A stretch of DNA of 64,000 bases. Source: an uncultured Clostridia bacterium (lineage in GTDB: Bacteria; Bacillota; Clostridia; TANB77; CAG-508). This document shows positions 59,618-64,000 of this stretch, piece by piece. Every line of letters begins with the position of its first letter. Within the stretch, counting starts at the first letter, position 1. Location: NCBI GenBank assembly GCA_944389745.1, contig CALXNM010000004.1, positions 795 to 64,794 on the forward strand. The letters run 5' to 3'. The notes under the pieces are model-generated. The model saw only the letters and a program-made list of their open reading frames with translations, was not told the origin of the DNA and made no database searches. Position numbers and translations under genes: made by a program.

Positions 59618-60619
59618 TTAACTAAAATAAATTATTTTATTTTCTGGAAAATATTTCTTTAACAAGTTGCCAATATTTTCTTCTCCTTCTTTCCTCATTT
59701 CTTGCTTATAAGTGTATTTGCCTTTTCCTCTCCCAGTCATTAATTCTTTATTATATAAATCCATACTATTAGGAAAAGCTTCTTCATTTATTTTTCTATG
59801 AATAAAACTATATGTCATAAAAATAACTTCAAAAAATAAATTTTTCTTAATTTTTTGGCTTAAATTATCTTTCAAATATATAATTAATTCCTCATATAAT
59901 CTTTTCCAATCATCTAAAAAAATTACAGGAGCTATTAATATTCCCACTTTATATCCACTATCTGCTAATTTATTAATAGCTTTAACCCTATTTTCAAGTG
60001 GAGATGTTCCTATTTCAATTTTTTGAACTATTTCTTTTGGATTCACACTCATCCTTATAATTACTTTTTCTTTTCCTTTTAAATCTAATATATCATCCAC
60101 CATATCAAATTTAGTTGGAAATGTTAAGTAACCTTTATCAGCATTAAAATTTTCAATAGTCCACTTTAAGTTTCCTGTAATCCAATTTTCCAATATCAAA
60201 TCACTATTACTTCCTATTTCAAATACCAACTCTTCTTCACTTTCATTTGCAGTTTTAATTATTTTCTCTAACATTTCTTCCCTATTTACAAATAATCTCA
60301 AGTATGAGCATTTATTATAATTACATACTAAATAACAATATAAACACATTGCTGTACATCCAGAAGATGTATATGGTACTAGGTAATTTGATATTTTATT
60401 GTTTGGAACAAATTTATGAGTTTTTCTTGTACCTATTATTAGATTTCTTTTCATATATGGAAACTCTTTATTATTCTTTTTTCTCATTTCTTCAATATTA
60501 TTGTGATTCTCTATGATAAATTTTGGAACAGAATTATATTTTTCTAATAACTCTCTCCCAAGCTCATAATTAGTTATTTTTTCTTCATAATAAATTGCAT
60601 CTGGAATAAATTCTTTCAT
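59618..60619 (-). CDS. splB: Spore photoproduct lyase-family radical SAM protein
   Basis: The N-terminus MKEFIPDAIYYEEKITNYELGRELLEKY is SplB-like. It has a Cys cluster (SGCTAMCLYCYL); the 333-aa length fits. Confidence 0.65.
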   Translation of the reverse strand: MKEFIPDAIYYEEKITNYELGRELLEKYNSVPKFIIENHNNIEEMRKKNNKEFPYMKRNLIIGTRKTHKFVPNNKISNYLVPYTSSGCTAMCLYCYLVCNYNKCSYLRLFVNREEMLEKIIKTANESEEELVFEIGSNSDLILENWITGNLKWTIENFNADKGYLTFPTKFDMVDDILDLKGKEKVIIRMSVNPKEIVQKIEIGTSPLENRVKAINKLADSGYKVGILIAPVIFLDDWKRLYEELIIYLKDNLSQKIKKNLFFEVIFMTYSFIHRKINEEAFPNSMDLYNKELMTGRGKGKYTYKQEMRKEGEENIGNLLKKYFPENKIIYFS

Positions 60620-60750
60620 AAAATCTCCTCGTATAATTCGCTTCTCAATAATTTTTATTTATTATACCTATTTTGTTACATTTCTATTCTTAAGCTTTAT
60701 AAACCACATAAGTTATTAAAAAATAGCATAATATTATTTAGGTGAACTTT

Positions 60751-61983
60751 ATGAAATTTTTAATTTTATCTTTTAAAAGAAACATTTTACCTGGCATTTT
60801 TGTTTTAATAGCTATTTGCTTAGTAATATTTTCACGTTCAAATTTAGAAGCAACAAAAAATGGATTAGAACTATGGGCATACACTGTTGTACCTTCGTTA
60901 TTTCCTTTTTTTATTATAACAAATCTACTTTCACAAACTAAAATAGTTAATATTATAGGAAAATTACTAGATAAATTAATGAGACCTTTATTTAATGTTC
61001 CTGGTATCGGTGGTTTTGCTTTTGTAATGGGATTAATTAGTGGATATCCCGTAGGTGCAAAAGTTGTTTCTGATTTTAGAGAGCAAAAATTAGTTACCAA
61101 GGACGAAGGAGAAAGACTTTTAGCATTTACTAATAACTCTGGTCCATTATTCATTTTAAGCAGTGTTGGCATTGGTCTTTTTGGAGATACTAAAACCGGT
61201 ATTTTACTTTTATGTACTCATATTTTGGCCTGCATCACAGTAGGAATTATTTTAGGTAAATTTTCTAAAAAATCTGATGAAGATTTTAAAACTAGAATGA
61301 ATAATAGATTAAATAGAGAAAAAACAAGAAATCATATGCAAAACAATATGTCAAATACCAAAAACATCTCGCTAAAAAATTTAGGAGAAGTTTTAGCTAA
61401 TAGTATTAATAACTCGATTTCAACAATACTTCTTATTGGAGGATTTGTAGTTATCTTCTCTGTTATTATATCTATATTAAATAAAACGCAAGCATTAGAT
61501 TTATTAAGTAATTTGCTAAAACCTATTCTACAAATATTCAATATAGATGCAAACTTTGCTAAGCCTCTACTTTCTGGAATAATAGAACTTACTAATGGCG
61601 TAAAACAAGTTTCTGGCATACATATAAAAGCTATTTCACAAAATGTTATAATTTGTGCTTTTCTTCTTGGTTTTGGTGGCTTCTCTGTTTTACTCCAAGT
61701 ATTTAGTATAGTTTCTAAAACAGACTTATCAATGAAAAAATATGTTGTTGGAAAATTTATACAAGGAATATTCGCAAGTTTATATACTTTTTTAGCATTA
61801 AAATTTATACCATTTATCAATTTAGATATTATAGAAACATCCAATAACCTATCTAATGCAATAACAATTCAGCAAAATCCAATAACTTCTATTTTCTATG
61901 ACATTGGAATAGCTACAATAAGCACAGCTATAGTTTTCGTAATAATTAAATTATTTAATAAGGTGTATAGAAAACTTACTTAG
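60751..61983 (+). CDS. ylbJ: Sporulation integral membrane protein YlbJ (nucleoside-recognition-domain family)
   Basis: It is multi-TM, with VPSLFPFFI and LLAFTNNSGPLFI motifs. The ATG at 60751 follows AGGTGA; the track start at 60742 is a GTG extension. Confidence 0.7.
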   Translation: MKFLILSFKRNILPGIFVLIAICLVIFSRSNLEATKNGLELWAYTVVPSLFPFFIITNLLSQTKIVNIIGKLLDKLMRPLFNVPGIGGFAFVMGLISGYPVGAKVVSDFREQKLVTKDEGERLLAFTNNSGPLFILSSVGIGLFGDTKTGILLLCTHILACITVGIILGKFSKKSDEDFKTRMNNRLNREKTRNHMQNNMSNTKNISLKNLGEVLANSINNSISTILLIGGFVVIFSVIISILNKTQALDLLSNLLKPILQIFNIDANFAKPLLSGIIELTNGVKQVSGIHIKAISQNVIICAFLLGFGGFSVLLQVFSIVSKTDLSMKKYVVGKFIQGIFASLYTFLALKFIPFINLDIIETSNNLSNAITIQQNPITSIFYDIGIATISTAIVFVIIKLFNKVYRKLT

Positions 61984-62069
61984 AATAACAAAAATTAAAA
62001 ATGAATAAATCTGGAAATTACGAATATATATTTAATAAATAAAAAGTGAAGTTTAGGAGTGATTTATAA

Positions 62070-62309
62070 ATGGATAGAAATATGGATAATATGAATAATT
62101 ATTTTGGAATGCCACCTTTTAATTACGATAATAATTTTGACCCAAATATGAATGATAACCCAATGTTTAACCCTATTATGCAATATGAACAAGCATATAT
62201 GTACTATAAATATATGACTCAACAAATTGAATATAAAATAAAGTGCAAAGAATATGATAAAATGTGTTCTACAAATGGTAGAAATGATAATCCAAGAAAC
62301 AGAGAATAA
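62070..62309 (+). CDS. Small Asn/Met/Tyr-rich hypothetical protein (79 aa)
   Basis: An AGGAGTG RBS lies upstream and a terminator follows. No family was recognised. Confidence 0.45.
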   Translation: MDRNMDNMNNYFGMPPFNYDNNFDPNMNDNPMFNPIMQYEQAYMYYKYMTQQIEYKIKCKEYDKMCSTNGRNDNPRNRE

Positions 62310-62337
62310 AGGAAGTTAGAAAAACTAACTTCCTTTC
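62309..62337. terminator. Hairpin terminator between convergent genes
   Basis: aaggaagttag / ctaacttcctt. Confidence 0.6.
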
Positions 62338-62353
62338 AATAATAAAATCTTTT

Positions 62354-63070
62354 CTATTTTCTTATAACTAATTCATATTTATCGCTTCCGATATTTATAT
62401 ATGCAGTAAGTGGTTCTTTTCCCTTAGCCACTTCATCTGGCACATCTATTAAATAATGTAAGTTATCTTCTGTTAGTGGTTCAATTGCTGTTATATTAGC
62501 ATAAGTAAAATCTTTATCTGTATCTTCTATAACACAAAATCCATCATATTCATATTTATTATCAAATTTTATACTTACACTGCCAACATCATCAGCAGTA
62601 ATATCTGTATAGTCCAAATTCTTATATTTTATTTTTATATCTAAATATTGATGACCATCTTCTTTTGCTTCGTAGTATGTATAAAAACTTGATGTGTTAG
62701 GTGGAACAACTTTTTTTGCAAAATCATAGCCCACAACAGTCATCTCATATTTAGATTCTTTTGTAACTTTATCTTTTAATTTTATTGTAGTAACATTGCT
62801 AGTATTGTCATCCCCTGTTCCTTCTGTAACAGTTATTCCTGAATTTTTTTGTTCATCATTACTATTTTCTATATTTATACTATTTGATACAAAATTCTTA
62901 TTTGATTCATTATTACTATTATCTAAATACCTCGAAAAATAATGTGCAGTAACGCAAACAACTAAAATTGTATATAATATCAATATTATTAGACCAACTA
63001 CAATTTTAATAATTAACATATCCTTAGATTTTTTCTTATTTTCTATTTTTTGGTTTTTATTTTTCTTCAT
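62354..63070 (-). CDS. Membrane-anchored hypothetical protein (N-terminal TM, beta-rich extracellular domain)
   Basis: A K-rich N-terminus, then the TM segment IIKIVVGLIILILYTILVVCV. No family was confidently recognised. Confidence 0.55.
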   Translation of the reverse strand: MKKNKNQKIENKKKSKDMLIIKIVVGLIILILYTILVVCVTAHYFSRYLDNSNNESNKNFVSNSINIENSNDEQKNSGITVTEGTGDDNTSNVTTIKLKDKVTKESKYEMTVVGYDFAKKVVPPNTSSFYTYYEAKEDGHQYLDIKIKYKNLDYTDITADDVGSVSIKFDNKYEYDGFCVIEDTDKDFTYANITAIEPLTEDNLHYLIDVPDEVAKGKEPLTAYINIGSDKYELVIRK

Positions 63071-63087
63071 TTTAATCCCCTCTATTT

Positions 63088-63687
63088 TTATATTTTACTA
63101 TATATTTTATCGTAATCTACATTTGTATATGTAGCAGATTTTTGCCACATTTCATTTACTGTCTCTTCTAATTCTTTAAATATTCCCTCATAAAAATTTT
63201 TTCCTATAATTAAAACTCCATTCTCATATCCTCCTTCTTCTTCTAAGCCCAATGAATCTAAATCCGCTGTAGTAGGATAGATATATATTGCTTGTTCATT
63301 CGCTGCTACATAACGTCTAGTACTTAAGCCTTCAGTAGCATCTGAATTCACTTCTACATCAAGCATATATGAAACCTTTCCCTCTTCTGATGTGAATTTT
63401 CTAACTTCATATACTTTACTAAATATTGTCTTAAAATCAGTTGGCTCTGTTAACGACAAATCAAAATCTATTGTATTAGAATCTTCTTCTTTTGGTTGTG
63501 GATTTCTCAAATAATTATCTACTTGTTTTAATATTTCCAATACTTCTTTTTCATTATCATTAAGAGTAATTTCATCTGCTATAGATAAATCTATACTGTC
63601 TCCACTCATATTTATATAAACTATACTTCCAACTACAAAAGCTATTACTAAAGCTACTATTATTCCTATTATTATTTTTTTCTTCAT
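63088..63687 (-). CDS. Membrane-anchored hypothetical protein
   Basis: MKKKIIIGIIVALVIAFVVGSIVYI signal-anchor. No family was recognised. Confidence 0.55.
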   Translation of the reverse strand: MKKKIIIGIIVALVIAFVVGSIVYINMSGDSIDLSIADEITLNDNEKEVLEILKQVDNYLRNPQPKEEDSNTIDFDLSLTEPTDFKTIFSKVYEVRKFTSEEGKVSYMLDVEVNSDATEGLSTRRYVAANEQAIYIYPTTADLDSLGLEEEGGYENGVLIIGKNFYEGIFKELEETVNEMWQKSATYTNVDYDKIYSKI

Positions 63688-63926
63688 TTATATCTCCCCT
63701 CTATTTTTCTTAAATTTTTTTATAAACTTTTTCAGTTCATTATTTATTAAAATTCATTAAAAAGCCTTTCAACTTCCTCCTTTCATACATTTTTCTAATA
63801 TATATTTTTTAAATTGTCTTCAACAGTCACAATTATATTATCACAGTTGTAGTAATATTTCAACAGTTGTGGTTTATTTTAATAATTTTCTACTGATATT
63901 ATCATAATATACATGAGGTGTTTAGT

Positions 63927-64000
63927 ATGAATATAAGTTACAAAGATATAGGAAAGAGAATACAAGAAAAGAGAAAATCTTTAAATATTACACAAGAAAA
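63927..64000 (+). CDS. XRE-family HTH regulator, N-terminal fragment (runs off the window)
   Basis: A GAGGTG RBS precedes MNISYKDIGKRIQEKRKSLNITQE, a typical HTH_XRE start. Confidence 0.55.
   Translation, partial: MNISYKDIGKRIQEKRKSLNITQE

Noticed and set aside
60738-61844. Minus-strand ORFs of 144 and 170 aa lie opposite ylbJ.
   Set aside because: They are antisense to a well-supported multi-TM gene, and their composition is typical of shadow ORFs.

Overview
This is a very AT-rich, Firmicutes/Clostridia-like chromosome segment from a probable spore-former (spoVG, whiA, splB-like and ylbJ are present). Its backbone is housekeeping: the asnS 3' end, spoVG, murC, hemW, whiA, prmC, truB, nrnA, the rimP-nusA-ylxR-ylxQ-infB-rbfA operon, mutS2, mtnN, mtaB, groES-groEL with a CIRCE operator, deoD, mgtA, splB and ylbJ. 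About half of the window (15.4-47.8 kb) is an accessory block of three tandem, same-strand paralogous genes of 9.2-9.5 kb. They encode 3050-3157 aa surface proteins with GLUG-like repeats and a TM helix at both the N and C termini. Each giant gene is preceded by the same leader cassette, and gene 1 has two in series. The cassette consists of an extended -10 promoter (TGTTATAAT), a short uORF carrying a long dinucleotide repeat ((AC)8-14 or (AG)12), a small conserved hairpin, and a 27-bp hairpin plus U-tract terminator. The repeat length sets the uORF frame, and only one frame carries ribosomes into the terminator stem. I read this as a candidate phase-variable, translation-gated attenuator, and it is the most interesting thing in the window. 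Other notable items:
- Two isolated single-gene inserts have foreign, GC-rich codon usage plus their own promoter and terminator (1235-1660 and 54876-55637).
- A GC-rich structured intergenic RNA candidate, possibly 6S, lies at about 7460-7655.
- Two related families of GGGGACAG-containing palindromic intergenic repeats occur, one pair bracketing mtnN in inverted orientation.
- Three core genes carry single-nucleotide frameshifts (a GT51 transglycosylase, ylxR and mtaB).

I saw no rRNA, tRNA, CRISPR array, transposase or integrase. All calls rest on reading the sequence and ORF translations by eye; no database search was run.
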